Source: an uncultured bacterium (lineage in GTDB: Bacteria > Desulfobacterota_D > UBA1144 > Nemesobacterales > UBA2774). Taken from it: DNA of 64,000 nucleotides. The position numbers and the translations under genes are program-made. Below the pieces are notes generated by a model that ran no database searches, was not told the DNA's origin, and saw only the letters and a program-made list of their open reading frames with translations. Of this stretch, positions 1 through 9,475 are shown piece by piece (positions within the stretch are counted from its first letter, which is position 1; the number at the start of each line of letters is the position of its first letter). Location of the stretch: assembly GCA_963705505.1 (NCBI GenBank), contig CAVPJU010000001.1, forward strand, positions 64,001 to 128,000. The letters run 5' to 3'.

Positions 1-400
1 TTTCAAGGTCGAGCTCATGCTCAATCCCCCGGGCCCGGCCGTTGAGCGCGTCTTCTCCGTTCATGCTGCTAACCTCTTTATTATCCAACGGGTACCTGAA
101 TTCAAACCCCTGAGCGGTTTCCGTAACCTCTTCCCCTATTATTTCCGTTCCCTCCGTCCCTTCGGGATCTCCCGGACCCGATGGAGTTGAACTTTGCATC
201 GACTCCCCCTCGTCTTTAGACTCTATTACCGGAGGGCTCTCGCGGCCGTTCTCAATCGTGTCTCCTCCTGCGAACATATCTTTTTTCTCAATGAAGGCAA
301 CATGACCGCACTTTGAACATCTGACCTTGCTTCCGGGAGGCGTAATTCTCGAATCGTCAATTTTAAATTTTCTTTTGCACTTCTCGCACTGGATTATCAT
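1..400 (-). CDS. Zinc-ribbon (MJ0042-family finger-like) domain protein, partial (runs off window start)
   Basis: Not in ORF track. Manual translation from ATG at 400: MIIQCEKCKRKFKIDDSRITPPGSKVRCSKCGHV (CxxC...CxxC), then an acidic low-complexity linker, open to position 1. Confidence 0.85.
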   Translation of the reverse strand, partial: MIIQCEKCKRKFKIDDSRITPPGSKVRCSKCGHVAFIEKKDMFAGGDTIENGRESPPVIESKDEGESMQSSTPSGPGDPEGTEGTEIIGEEVTETAQGFEFRYPLDNKEVSSMNGEDALNGRARGIEHELDLE

Positions 401-621
401 TGCTCGCTTTGTGCCGGATATATTTTCAATAATATGAACTCGTTACATTTTCAAACTTAATGCTAACTTTAACCCAAGTCAATACTTGTAAAAATAGTCT
501 CGGGCATTCTGCCCGGGTAAATTTCCGAAAGCCGTGTCGGAGGCGGATAATTCCCTATTGAGTGTGCTACTCTGTAAGAGTTTATCACACGAATGACATG
601 TTTTATTAACCGGGTCGATTA

Positions 622-1614
622 ATGCGTTCGTTCTCTCTCGTCAGTCTCGTTTTCGCCGTACTGCTTATCTTTGCGGCGGCGGCTTTCCCCGAAGAGAAGC
701 CTCTGGATAGGGTGCAGTTCCTGATGGGGACTTATGCCCGCGTGCTTATATACGGCGGGAGTAATGCCGATGCCGATGCCGCTTTTTCAAAGATCAGGGA
801 GTTAGACGACATGCTGTCCGACTACAGGCCTGAAAGCGAGATATCGGAGATAAGCAAAATGGCGGGAAAGAAACCGGTGAAGGTCAGCCCGGACGTCACG
901 GGGGTGCTGGAACAGGCTGTATACGTATCCCGGGAGACCGGGGGCTCGTTTGACCCCACGATCGGGGCGCTTACGATCGGTGTTTACAGGTTCGGCAGAG
1001 GCGGAGATAAAGTCCCCGGGGACGAAGAGATCGAGAAAGCGAAGTCCCTCGTCGATTACAGGGACCTCCGGATTAAGGGCGACGAGGTTTATCTCGAGAA
1101 GGAAGGGATGATGCTCGACCTCGGGGGGATAGGAAAGGGTTATGCGGTCGAGAAGGCCGTCGGGGTTCTCAAAGGAAGGGGGATTAAAAGGGGTATGGTC
1201 TCCCTCTCGGGCGATATAAGGGTCTTCGGGTACGATATGGAGATCGGCATATGGGATCCGGGCGGGAAAGGGGTGATAGCGGAGTTCAGGACTGGCACGG
1301 GCGAGCTCGCAATTTCCACGAGCGGAGGGTACGAAAGGGTGATAGACCCCGGAGGCAAGGCCTATCATCACCTGCTTGTCCCCGCGACGGGAAAGCCCGG
1401 ACGCGACTTCCTCAGCATCACCGTAGTGCTTGACGGGGACAGCGCACTGGCTGATGCCTATGCGACGGCAATCTTCGTTATGGGCAGGGATAAATCCCTT
1501 GAATTTTTAAGGAAGCACCCGGAAATCGGGGTTTTCGAGGTCCTTCCGGGCGGTGAAATTTACTATAACGAGATGTTCAAGAGTCTCGTCTCCGGTTTGA
1601 ATGTCCCGAGATAA
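622..1614 (+). CDS. apbE: FAD:protein FMN transferase ApbE
   Basis: MGT, FDPTIG, LDLGGIGKGY, ISTSGGY, HHLL and ADAYATA motifs; N-terminal signal peptide. Confidence 0.93.
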   Translation: MRSFSLVSLVFAVLLIFAAAAFPEEKPLDRVQFLMGTYARVLIYGGSNADADAAFSKIRELDDMLSDYRPESEISEISKMAGKKPVKVSPDVTGVLEQAVYVSRETGGSFDPTIGALTIGVYRFGRGGDKVPGDEEIEKAKSLVDYRDLRIKGDEVYLEKEGMMLDLGGIGKGYAVEKAVGVLKGRGIKRGMVSLSGDIRVFGYDMEIGIWDPGGKGVIAEFRTGTGELAISTSGGYERVIDPGGKAYHHLLVPATGKPGRDFLSITVVLDGDSALADAYATAIFVMGRDKSLEFLRKHPEIGVFEVLPGGEIYYNEMFKSLVSGLNVPR

Positions 1615-1711
1615 TCCGTCAATTTAAAAACCCATCGGCAGTTTTTCTCTTGCAAAAATAATGTAAATCTTGAGCTCTGTTTCAACAGTTCCGGTCCTGC
1701 CCGGAGGTTAT

Positions 1712-1741
1712 TTGACAAAACCACCCTGTCGCTTATATTCT
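1712..1741 (+). promoter_or_regulatory. Putative sigma70 promoter of the ribBA operon
   Basis: TTGACA at 1712-1717, TATATT/TATTCT 16-18 nt downstream. Confidence 0.5.
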
Positions 1742-1804
1742 AAATCGGATAATCTATATAAAATATAAGCATTATCAATTATTTGGGTTGAGGAAGAAGA
1801 CACT

Positions 1805-3013
1805 ATGCCAATCAGTTCCATAGAAGAAGCGGTAGCCGATATAAGAAACGGCAAGATGGTGATACTTGTCGACGATAAGGACAGGGAAAATGAAGGAGAC
1901 CTGGTGGTAGCGGCGGAGAATGCCGGTCCCGAGACGATAAATTTTATGGCGAAAAACGGGAGGGGCCTCATCTGCCTTGCCCTGACAAAGGAGAACGCCG
2001 ATAAAATAGGCCTCCAGCCGATTAAACCCGAGTACAACCCTGTGCCCCAATATACAGCCTTTACGATCTCGATAGACGCGAGCCACGGCATAACCACGGG
2101 GATTTCGGCCTACGACAGGGCCTCGACAATCCGTTATGCCATATCCGAGGAATCGAAACCCGAGGATTTCATACGCCCGGGACACGTTTTCCCCCTTATA
2201 TGCAGGAAGGGCGGCGTGCTGGTCAGGGCCGGTCATACGGAAGGGTCCGTAGACCTCGCAAGGCTCGCGGGGCTCACACCGGCTGCCGTTATTTGTGAGA
2301 TAATGAATGATGACGGGGATATGGCAAGACTCCCCGATCTCGAAAAATTCGCCGAGACCCATAGAATCAAAATCGCCTCCATAGCCGACCTGATAAGCTA
2401 CCGCCTGAGAGCGGAGAGCCTGGTCAGGAGAGCGGCTTCCGCCATGATACCGACGGAGTACGGCGAGTTTCAGATAATCGTTTACGAGAGCGATATCGAC
2501 CCCCAGCACCACGTCGCGTTTGTTAAGGGCGACATAAGCCCCGATAAGGACGTGCTGGTCAGGGTCCATTCCGAGTGCCTCACGAGCGATGTGTTCGGCT
2601 CCTTGAGATGCGACTGCGGGTCTCAGATCAGGCAGGCTATGAAGATTATCAGCGACGAGGGTATGGGTGTTATACTTTACATGAGACAGGAGGGGCGGGG
2701 CATAGGCCTCATTAATAAAATAAAGGCTTACGCTCTTCAGGACGACGGCTTCGACACCGTCGAGGCGAACGAGGTCCTGGGCTTCAAACCGGATCTCAGG
2801 GACTACGGCATAGGCGCGCAGATACTCCTCGACCTCGGCGTAAGAAATATGCGACTTCTCACCAACAACCCGAAAAAGATAAAGGGCCTCGAAGGGTTCG
2901 GTCTTCAGATAGTCGAGCGCGTACCCATAGAGATCCCCCCCAACGGAAGAAATTCCAATTACTTGAAAGTCAAGAAGGATAAGCTCGGACACCTTCTTTC
3001 GATGGTAGACTGA
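1805..3013 (+). CDS. ribBA: Bifunctional DHBP synthase / GTP cyclohydrolase II
   Basis: DRENEGD, GHTE, VRVHSECLT, RCDCG, QEGRGIG, LLTNNP motifs. Confidence 0.97.
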   Translation: MPISSIEEAVADIRNGKMVILVDDKDRENEGDLVVAAENAGPETINFMAKNGRGLICLALTKENADKIGLQPIKPEYNPVPQYTAFTISIDASHGITTGISAYDRASTIRYAISEESKPEDFIRPGHVFPLICRKGGVLVRAGHTEGSVDLARLAGLTPAAVICEIMNDDGDMARLPDLEKFAETHRIKIASIADLISYRLRAESLVRRAASAMIPTEYGEFQIIVYESDIDPQHHVAFVKGDISPDKDVLVRVHSECLTSDVFGSLRCDCGSQIRQAMKIISDEGMGVILYMRQEGRGIGLINKIKAYALQDDGFDTVEANEVLGFKPDLRDYGIGAQILLDLGVRNMRLLTNNPKKIKGLEGFGLQIVERVPIEIPPNGRNSNYLKVKKDKLGHLLSMVD

Positions 3014-3026
3014 ACAGGAGAAAGCT

Positions 3027-3503
3027 ATGCCTAAAATATACGAGGGGAACCTCGACGCAAAGGGGCTCAAGTTCGCGGTCATCGTAAGCCGGTTCAATGA
3101 TTTCGTCACCGAAAGGCTTCTGAGCGGCGCGGTCGACGTGCTTCTCAGGCATAACGCTTCAGAGGCCGACATCGATATTATCAAGGTGCCCGGATCGTAC
3201 GAGCTGCTGTTTGCCGTTAAGAAGGCGGCGGAAAGGAAAAAGTACAATGCGATTATCGCACTGGGGGCCATCATCAGGGGCGAAACCCCTCACTTCGATT
3301 ACCTGGCTTCGGCGGTTACGAAAAAAATTGCTTCGATAAGCCTCGAAATGGATGTGCCGGTAGCCTCCGGCGTTTTGACCACCGACACTCTTCAGCAGGC
3401 CATCGAGAGGGCCGGTGGAAAGGCGGGGAACCGCGGTGCCGAAGCAGCGTACTCGGCAGTTGAAATGGCTAATCTCACCAAAATTCTTTCCCGAAAAGGG
3501 TAG
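3027..3503 (+). CDS. ribH: 6,7-dimethyl-8-ribityllumazine synthase
   Basis: SRFN, VPGSYE, IRGETPHFDY, QAIERAG motifs; follows ribBA. Confidence 0.97.
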   Translation: MPKIYEGNLDAKGLKFAVIVSRFNDFVTERLLSGAVDVLLRHNASEADIDIIKVPGSYELLFAVKKAAERKKYNAIIALGAIIRGETPHFDYLASAVTKKIASISLEMDVPVASGVLTTDTLQQAIERAGGKAGNRGAEAAYSAVEMANLTKILSRKG

Positions 3504-3514
3504 TTGCCTTCCAG

Positions 3515-3955
3515 ATGGGTACAAGGAGACGCGCTAGGGAACTAGCGCTCCAGTTCCTCTATCAATACGATGCTTTGACGGAGTCTTCAGGGGAGTCACT
3601 CTCGCCCGAAGACCAGCTCTCTTTGTTCTGGGAGAGGGACGACGTCCGGATCCAGGACGAGATGAAAGAGTTCCCCTCCGCTCTCATACTGGGTACATGC
3701 AGGAACCTAGCGCACATCGATGAAATCATCAGCCGTTTTTCCGAGCACTGGAGGCTCTCCAGGATGTCTAAAATCGACAGGAATATATTGCGCCTCGCTG
3801 TTTACGAGCTGATTTATTTGAGCGGCATCCCCCCCGCGGTTACCATTAACGAGGCCGTAGAGCTCGGGAAAAGGTTCGGGACCGAGGAGTCCGGCTCTTT
3901 TATAAACGGAATACTGGATAAGATAAGGATAGCCCGGGAGCAAGGTGAGCTGTGA
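3515..3955 (+). CDS. nusB: Transcription antitermination factor NusB
   Basis: RRRARELALQ, IDRNILR, INEAVELGK, FINGILD; ribH-nusB synteny. Confidence 0.97.
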   Translation: MGTRRRARELALQFLYQYDALTESSGESLSPEDQLSLFWERDDVRIQDEMKEFPSALILGTCRNLAHIDEIISRFSEHWRLSRMSKIDRNILRLAVYELIYLSGIPPAVTINEAVELGKRFGTEESGSFINGILDKIRIAREQGEL

Positions 3956-3956
3956 C

Positions 3957-4979
3957 ATGATAAAAGAAGCGATAGCTAAAGTTGTCGAGAGGATCGACCT
4001 CGAAGAAGACGAAATGTCGGAAGTCGTCGAGGAGATGATGGACGGAGAGGCGACGCCCGGTCAGATTTCTTCGTTCCTCGTCGCTCTCAGGATGAAAGGG
4101 GAGTCCGTCGCCGAGATTACAGGCGCGGCCAGGGTCATGCTGGACAAGGCGACCAAAATAACTTCCTCGCACGAGGTGATAGTCGACCTCTGCGGCACGG
4201 GCGGCGACAGGCAGGGCACGTTTAACGTATCGACCGCGGCGGCGTTTGTGGTCGCGGGCGCGGGGGTCCCCGTTGCCAAGCACGGGAACCGCTCAGTATC
4301 GAGTTATGTCGGCAGCGCCGACGTGTTGGAAGCACTCGGCGTGGATATAAACCATTCGACCGAGGTCGCCCGGAAATGCCTCGATGAAGCCGGGATCGTT
4401 TTTCTCTTCGCCCCTCTATACCACCCCGCGATGAAAAACGTCGCGGGACCGAGAAAGGAAATCGGCGTAAGGACCATATTCAACATACTCGGTCCCATTG
4501 TAAACCCCGCGGGCGTGAAACACCAGGTAATAGGCGTTTACTCGGAAGTGCTGCTCGACCCCGTTGTCAAGGTGCTCAGGAACCTCGGACATAAGAGCGC
4601 CATGGTCGTTCACGGCTCGGACTCGATGGATGAAATTACGGTGACGGGCAAGACCGTCGTCGCCGAATTGAGGGAGGGTATGGTGAAGAAATACCAGTTC
4701 GACCCCTCGGAGATCGGAATAAAAAGGTGGAGCCCGAGCGAGCTCAAGGGCGGGCGCAACGCGAAGGAGAATGCGCGGATACTCTTGTCGGTTCTTAAGG
4801 GCGAGGAGAGAGAAGCAAAGAGGGATATAGTCCTGATAAACGCCGCCGCCGCGATTTACGTCTCCGAGACGAGCCCCGATATAAGGGAAGCGCTCGAGCG
4901 GGCTGTCGAGTCTGTGGATTCGGGAAAGGCTCTTTCAAAGCTCGAGGAGCTTGCGCGGCTTACGAAAAAACAAGATTAG
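3957..4979 (+). CDS. trpD: Anthranilate phosphoribosyltransferase
   Basis: CGTGGD, FNVST, KHGNRSVSS, GSAD motifs; ATG at 3957 immediately after the nusB stop. Confidence 0.96.
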   Translation: MIKEAIAKVVERIDLEEDEMSEVVEEMMDGEATPGQISSFLVALRMKGESVAEITGAARVMLDKATKITSSHEVIVDLCGTGGDRQGTFNVSTAAAFVVAGAGVPVAKHGNRSVSSYVGSADVLEALGVDINHSTEVARKCLDEAGIVFLFAPLYHPAMKNVAGPRKEIGVRTIFNILGPIVNPAGVKHQVIGVYSEVLLDPVVKVLRNLGHKSAMVVHGSDSMDEITVTGKTVVAELREGMVKKYQFDPSEIGIKRWSPSELKGGRNAKENARILLSVLKGEEREAKRDIVLINAAAAIYVSETSPDIREALERAVESVDSGKALSKLEELARLTKKQD

Positions 4980-5016
4980 ATTGGAGGGTTACTGCTCGGC
5001 GTTTCGGTTCAGCCCC

Positions 5017-5805
5017 ATGATTCTCGATACGATTATAGAAAATAAAAGACTGGAAGTTGAAAAGGCGAAGGAATCCCTGCCCCTTGAAGCCGTTATCCGC
5101 GGCATAGCCGGCGTCGAGCCGCCCAGGGACTTTTATAAGGCGATCGATCACGGGGGGAGCGTGAAAATCATCGCCGAGATAAAAAAGGCTTCTCCCTCGA
5201 AAGGGGTCTTGAGGGAAGATTTCGATCCTGTGAAGATCGCCCTGAGCTACTCAAAAGCCGGGGCGTCCGCATTATCGGTTCTCACGGACGAGAAATTTTT
5301 CAGGGGGAGCCTCTCGTACCTGAGCGATATCAGGAAGGCCGTCGATACCCCTCTCCTGCGGAAGGACTTCATTATCGACCCGTATCAGGTCTATGAGGCG
5401 AGGCTTTACGGAGCAGATGCCATCCTGCTCATAGTCTCGGCGCTCGGTCAGGATTTGCTCAAAGAGCTTTTAGAACTGACTCACTCGCTCGGCATGAGTG
5501 CCGTCGTGGAGGTTCACGACGACGAGGAGCTTGCGAGGGCGCTCGATGCGGGGAGCAGGATAATCGGAATCAACAACAGAGACCTCAGGACTTTCGACGT
5601 CGACCTCGGCGTCTCCGCGAGGCTCGCCAAAAAGATACCCGTGGGTATAATCGCCATCGCGGAGAGCGGCATAGGTTCGGGCGAGGATATAAAGAAGCTA
5701 AGACAACAGGGTGTGCACGTATTCCTTATCGGCGAGACTTTCATGAAAGCCCCTGATCCGGGACTCGAATTAACAAACCTTATCTTATCAGCATCATCGG
5801 TCTGA
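5017..5805 (+). CDS. trpC: Indole-3-glycerol phosphate synthase
   Basis: IAEIKKASPSKG, LSVLTD, LRKDF, GINNRDL, ESGI motifs; start moved to ATG 5017. Confidence 0.96.
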   Translation: MILDTIIENKRLEVEKAKESLPLEAVIRGIAGVEPPRDFYKAIDHGGSVKIIAEIKKASPSKGVLREDFDPVKIALSYSKAGASALSVLTDEKFFRGSLSYLSDIRKAVDTPLLRKDFIIDPYQVYEARLYGADAILLIVSALGQDLLKELLELTHSLGMSAVVEVHDDEELARALDAGSRIIGINNRDLRTFDVDLGVSARLAKKIPVGIIAIAESGIGSGEDIKKLRQQGVHVFLIGETFMKAPDPGLELTNLILSASSV

Positions 5806-5887
5806 ACGATACTCATTCAACCCGTTCCACCATCGTGACAACAAATCCAAAAGCGTCTTGAGCCCTGACCCATTTTTATCCTTTTCG

Positions 5888-5923
5888 TTCCCTCCTTTTG
5901 TAAAGGAGGGTCAGGGTGGATTT
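5888..5923. repeat. REP-like palindrome (CCCTCCTTT-TGT-AAAGGAGGG plus TCAGGGTGGATTT tail)
   Basis: Perfect 9-bp inverted repeat 5890-5898/5902-5910 with a G-rich tail. Confidence 0.6.
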
Positions 5924-6047
5924 ATAATGCTCTTCTCTTTTCTTATTTAGTCATTCTGAACTGCGGTTTCGATCGAGTGAGAAACCGGATCCATTGGCGA
6001 AATGCAACAGGCGAATATTCTTCGGACATTAATCGGTTAACCCCTTA

Positions 6048-6068
6048 GTCCTGAGCTTGTCGAAGGAC
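6048..6068. repeat. REP-like element GTCCTGAGCTTGTCGAAGGAC
   Basis: Imperfect palindrome; core CCTGAGCTTGTCGAA recurs at about 6177-6191. Confidence 0.6.
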
Positions 6069-6121
6069 GTACACACTCTGCGCTGATATGCGATCTCTGC
6101 GATACTAGTCCGCTACTCATT

Positions 6122-6163
6122 AATTCCTTCCCCCCACCGAGGGGGAAGGTTAGGATGGGGGTG
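6122..6163. repeat. REP-like element, copy 1 (CCTTCCCCC-loop-GGGGGAAGG-TAGGATGGGGGTG)
   Basis: 37/42 nt identical to 12642-12683; internal hairpin. Confidence 0.75.
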
Positions 6164-6168
6164 AAAGC

Positions 6169-6204
6169 CCGTTCACCCTGAGCTTGTCGAACTATCGAAG
6201 AGTG
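6169..6204. repeat. Degenerate REP-like element CCGTTCACCCTGAGCTTGTCGAA
   Basis: Shares the 15-nt core with 6048-6068. Confidence 0.55.
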
Positions 6205-6287
6205 GAAGAACGAATGCGAGCAAGCATTCTTGGGGGAATTAAAAATTAGCCTATTATTCGCCCCGATCCGAGATATAGTTTTATGAA

Positions 6288-6611
6288 ATGGCAAATACTA
6301 AAAAAAGGAAAAACCCGATACTTGCGCTCATATTGTCCGGGATAGTGCCCGGACTCGGGCAAATCTATAACAACCAGATTTTAAAGGGGCTTATCTTCTT
6401 CGCCGTGAATGTAGTCATCAGCCTTATGGCTTATGGGCCGTTCATGCGGTTTATGAAATCCCTGGGCTCGCCTGAAGATATGTCGGGCGACATGTCCTTG
6501 CTGTACAAATTGCTCATTTATTCCTCGGCGGGAACTTTAGTATTGCTCGTCGCCATGATCGACGCCAAGAAGAGCGCCGACAAGCTGAACAGTAAAAACG
6601 GCATTACCTGA
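6288..6611 (+). CDS. Small membrane protein with GLGQxY motif (TM2/DUF5683-like)
   Basis: KNPILALILSGIVPGLGQIYN followed by hydrophobic helices. Confidence 0.75.
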   Translation: MANTKKRKNPILALILSGIVPGLGQIYNNQILKGLIFFAVNVVISLMAYGPFMRFMKSLGSPEDMSGDMSLLYKLLIYSSAGTLVLLVAMIDAKKSADKLNSKNGIT

Positions 6612-6642
6612 CACGTTTTTTCTTTTTTCCGGTGTCTCATCC

Positions 6643-6672
6643 TTGACAATCATTCTCATACGATATTATTAT
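6643..6672 (+). promoter_or_regulatory. Putative sigma70 promoter of the efflux operon
   Basis: TTGACA 6643-6648; TATTAT at 6667-6672. Confidence 0.45.
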
Positions 6673-6763
6673 TTCGTGTAGTCTCTGTGATCTTTTCAAA
6701 ACCGGGCGGGAGCGAGACCGCTCTTAACCTTTATCCTTTCTTAATCTGTTGTGGAGATTCGAT

Positions 6764-8269
6764 TTGTTAAGCTCGAAACCCGTAATTCTATATACCGCTA
6801 TAATTTTATCCGCATTAATTTTATCCTGCGCCAACGGCGTCCCCGAGCTAAACCCGTATAAAGAGGCTTCCTCCGCCCCGGGCGTGGAGTGGAAGCCTTC
6901 CGAGAAGGAGTTAAGGGCGGCTTTTCAGCTTGAGGAGCTGCCTTCGATACCCGAAGACCTCAAGGCTGACGCCAATAAGCTCGCGCTCTCACAGCTCGTG
7001 GACGTTGCTCTTGTCAACAACCCGACTACACAGGTCGCATGGGAAGATGCGCGGGCTGCAGCGGCGGCGTGGGCGGAAGCGCGCGGGCTCTACTACCCTC
7101 AGATCGGCGGTACGGCGCAATACGCCTATGACAAAAGCGCCGGGGCCGCGCAGGGTGGTACACCGTTTAAGGGACAGTACGGGGACGTCGGTCTCTCTCT
7201 GGATTACTTGCTGTTCGATTTCGGGGGACGGGAGGCCCAAATTGACGCTGCGCGGCTCGCGCTCATAAACGCAAACTGGAATCAGAACCAGGCGATTCAG
7301 AATGTGCTGCAGGCGGTAGCGGTTTCCTTTTACAATTACATCGGCAGTAAGGCACTTGTCATAGCGGACGAAGCGAGCTTGAAGGACGCGCAAACAAGCC
7401 TTGACGCAGCCAAGCTCAGGCTCGAAGCCGGCGTCGGCACGCTCCCCGATGTGCTGCAGGCGCAGGCTCAAGAGGCTCAGGTCGAGCTCGATCTGGTAGA
7501 CGCCAGAGGGAATGTAGAGATAGACCGCGGGGCGCTCGCGACCGCTGTCGGCTGGCCGGCAAACGCAGAGTTCAATGTGAACGAAAATTTGGGAGAAATG
7601 CCCGTAGCCGCGCTCAGCGACAACGTGAACGGCCTCATAGCATTGGCAATGAAGAACAGGCCCGACCTGGCTGCCGTACAGGCGATAGTCAGACAAAGGG
7701 AAGCCCTTCTGAGAGAAGCCAAAGCTCAGTTTTTCCCCGAGATTTCAGCCACCGCGCAGCTCCTCAGGTGGTGGGTGAGGCCCAACGGGGAAAGCGGCGA
7801 CTACTTCACGGACTATCTGGTGGGTCTCCAGCTTCAAGTCCCTATCTTTCAGGGGTTTCAGATTATAAACTCGGTGCGTCAAGCCGGTGCGCAGCTGGAA
7901 TCGGCGCGCGCCGCTCTCGACCTCCAGCAGCAGATAGTAATTGACCAGGTATGGAATGCCTTTTACAACTTCAGGACAGCGGTGCAATCGCTTCAGGCCG
8001 CGGACAAACTGGTAGCAAGCTCCCAGGAGTCGTACGATGCGTCCCTCGCCCGTTTCAAGTCGGGCGTCGGCGACATAGTAGAGCTTCTGAATGCCCAGGC
8101 TACGCTGGCTCAGGCCCGGTCCGAGCAGGTACAGGCCAGGACAGACATTTTCACGTCGTATGCCAACCTCGTAAATGCTATCGGTACTGATCTTCCGACG
8201 CCGGGTATACCTCAGGAATTAAGTCCGGCTGGTGAAGGAGGAAAGAATAAGGATGAACAAACTAAATAA
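6764..8269 (+). CDS. TolC/OprM-family outer membrane efflux lipoprotein
   Basis: Lipobox LILSC; two OEP repeats (LVNNP...YYP; MKNRPDL...FFP). TTG 6764 follows GGAG (ORF track start is 6749). Confidence 0.9.
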   Translation: MLSSKPVILYTAIILSALILSCANGVPELNPYKEASSAPGVEWKPSEKELRAAFQLEELPSIPEDLKADANKLALSQLVDVALVNNPTTQVAWEDARAAAAAWAEARGLYYPQIGGTAQYAYDKSAGAAQGGTPFKGQYGDVGLSLDYLLFDFGGREAQIDAARLALINANWNQNQAIQNVLQAVAVSFYNYIGSKALVIADEASLKDAQTSLDAAKLRLEAGVGTLPDVLQAQAQEAQVELDLVDARGNVEIDRGALATAVGWPANAEFNVNENLGEMPVAALSDNVNGLIALAMKNRPDLAAVQAIVRQREALLREAKAQFFPEISATAQLLRWWVRPNGESGDYFTDYLVGLQLQVPIFQGFQIINSVRQAGAQLESARAALDLQQQIVIDQVWNAFYNFRTAVQSLQAADKLVASSQESYDASLARFKSGVGDIVELLNAQATLAQARSEQVQARTDIFTSYANLVNAIGTDLPTPGIPQELSPAGEGGKNKDEQTK

Positions 8270-9437
8270 GATTAAACAACATTGCCCGAACGTGCTTACG
8301 GCCTCATCCCTGCTTATCTTGCTTGCTATTCTGCTTTCGGGCTGTGGTAAGGAAGAAAAAAAGGCTCCTCCCGCAATGCCCGTGACCGTAGCGGAGGTAA
8401 AATCCGAGACCGTCCCCATTTATCTCGACTACGTGGGCACCACGCAATCGGTACAGACCGTGGATATAAACGCCAGGGTCGAGGGCTTTCTGATAAAGCG
8501 GGGATTCAAGGACGGAGCCGACGTAGAGCAGGGACAGCTTCTTTTTATTATTGACCCGAGACCGTTTGAAGCCGACCTCCAGGCCGCTCAGGCACAGCTG
8601 GCCGAGGACAGGGCTTCCCTCGCCTATGCTCAGGAGCAGGTGCGGCGTTATAAGCCCATAGTCGAGAAGAATTACATAACACAGGATACGTACGACGGTT
8701 ACGTGACGAAGGCCGCGGAGGCCCAGGCCGCAGTCGATGCCGATTTAGCCAATGTCACGCAGGCGAAGCTCAACTTGAGCTACTGCACGATGAATGCGCC
8801 TTTCGACGGGCGCATAGGGAGAAGATACGTGGACGTAGGCAACCTGGTCGGCGCTGCGGGCGCACCTACGAAGCTCGCCACCATGGTGCAGCTCGACCCC
8901 ATGTACGTTTATTTCAGCGTGGCTGAGCGCGACACTCCCCAGATACTCAATGAGCAGAGCAAAAACCCGCTCACCGTGGGTTTCATTCTCCCCGACGAGA
9001 CCAAGCATCCGGAGGACGGTAAGATAGATTTCGTCAACAATGAAGTCGATGTTAATACGGGAACTATCGAGATGAGGGCGGTCGTTCCGAACGGCTCGAA
9101 AACGATGCTGCCGGGGCAGTTCGTGAAGGTTCAGCTCCTGTTAAAAGAACAGCCGGACACACTAGTCGTCCCTCAGCAGGCAATAGGGGAGCAGCAGGGA
9201 CAATCGTACGTATATGTGGTGGGCGATGATAACAAAGTGGAATTCAGGAACGTAACGACCGGGTCCAACTACAATGACCTTACCGTCATTCAGGGCGGGC
9301 TTAAGGCTGGTGAAAAAGTAATAATAGAGGGCATGCAAAAGGTTAAGCCAGGAATGACGGTAATACCCGGGACCGCTTCCGAAGAATCTAAGAAAGCTGC
9401 GCCTGAGACGGCTCCTGCTGGAGAGAAAAGCAAATAA
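8253..9437 (+). CDS. RND efflux periplasmic adaptor (membrane fusion protein), lipoprotein
   Basis: Lipobox LLSGC; ARVEG, APFDGRIG, TGTIEMRA, LPGQFV motifs. Confidence 0.93.
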   Translation: MNKLNKIKQHCPNVLTASSLLILLAILLSGCGKEEKKAPPAMPVTVAEVKSETVPIYLDYVGTTQSVQTVDINARVEGFLIKRGFKDGADVEQGQLLFIIDPRPFEADLQAAQAQLAEDRASLAYAQEQVRRYKPIVEKNYITQDTYDGYVTKAAEAQAAVDADLANVTQAKLNLSYCTMNAPFDGRIGRRYVDVGNLVGAAGAPTKLATMVQLDPMYVYFSVAERDTPQILNEQSKNPLTVGFILPDETKHPEDGKIDFVNNEVDVNTGTIEMRAVVPNGSKTMLPGQFVKVQLLLKEQPDTLVVPQQAIGEQQGQSYVYVVGDDNKVEFRNVTTGSNYNDLTVIQGGLKAGEKVIIEGMQKVKPGMTVIPGTASEESKKAAPETAPAGEKSK

Positions 9438-9475
9438 TAAATAAAGTTCTTCGCAATCGGTAAAGGAGATTTCTT

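Noticed and set aside
1615..1804. FMN riboswitch upstream of ribBA
   Set aside because: No RFN consensus segments; the region is AT-rich and holds only a promoter-like element
1775..3274. 499-aa antisense ORF, and other long antisense ORFs such as 10643-11914, 34136-34942 and 49188-50072
   Set aside because: Shadow ORFs opposite well-conserved genes, with no recognisable motifs
5806..6287. CRISPR array or the 85-aa ORF at 6037-6294
   Set aside because: Repeats differ in sequence and spacing and no cas genes are present; the ORF is merely a translation of the repeats
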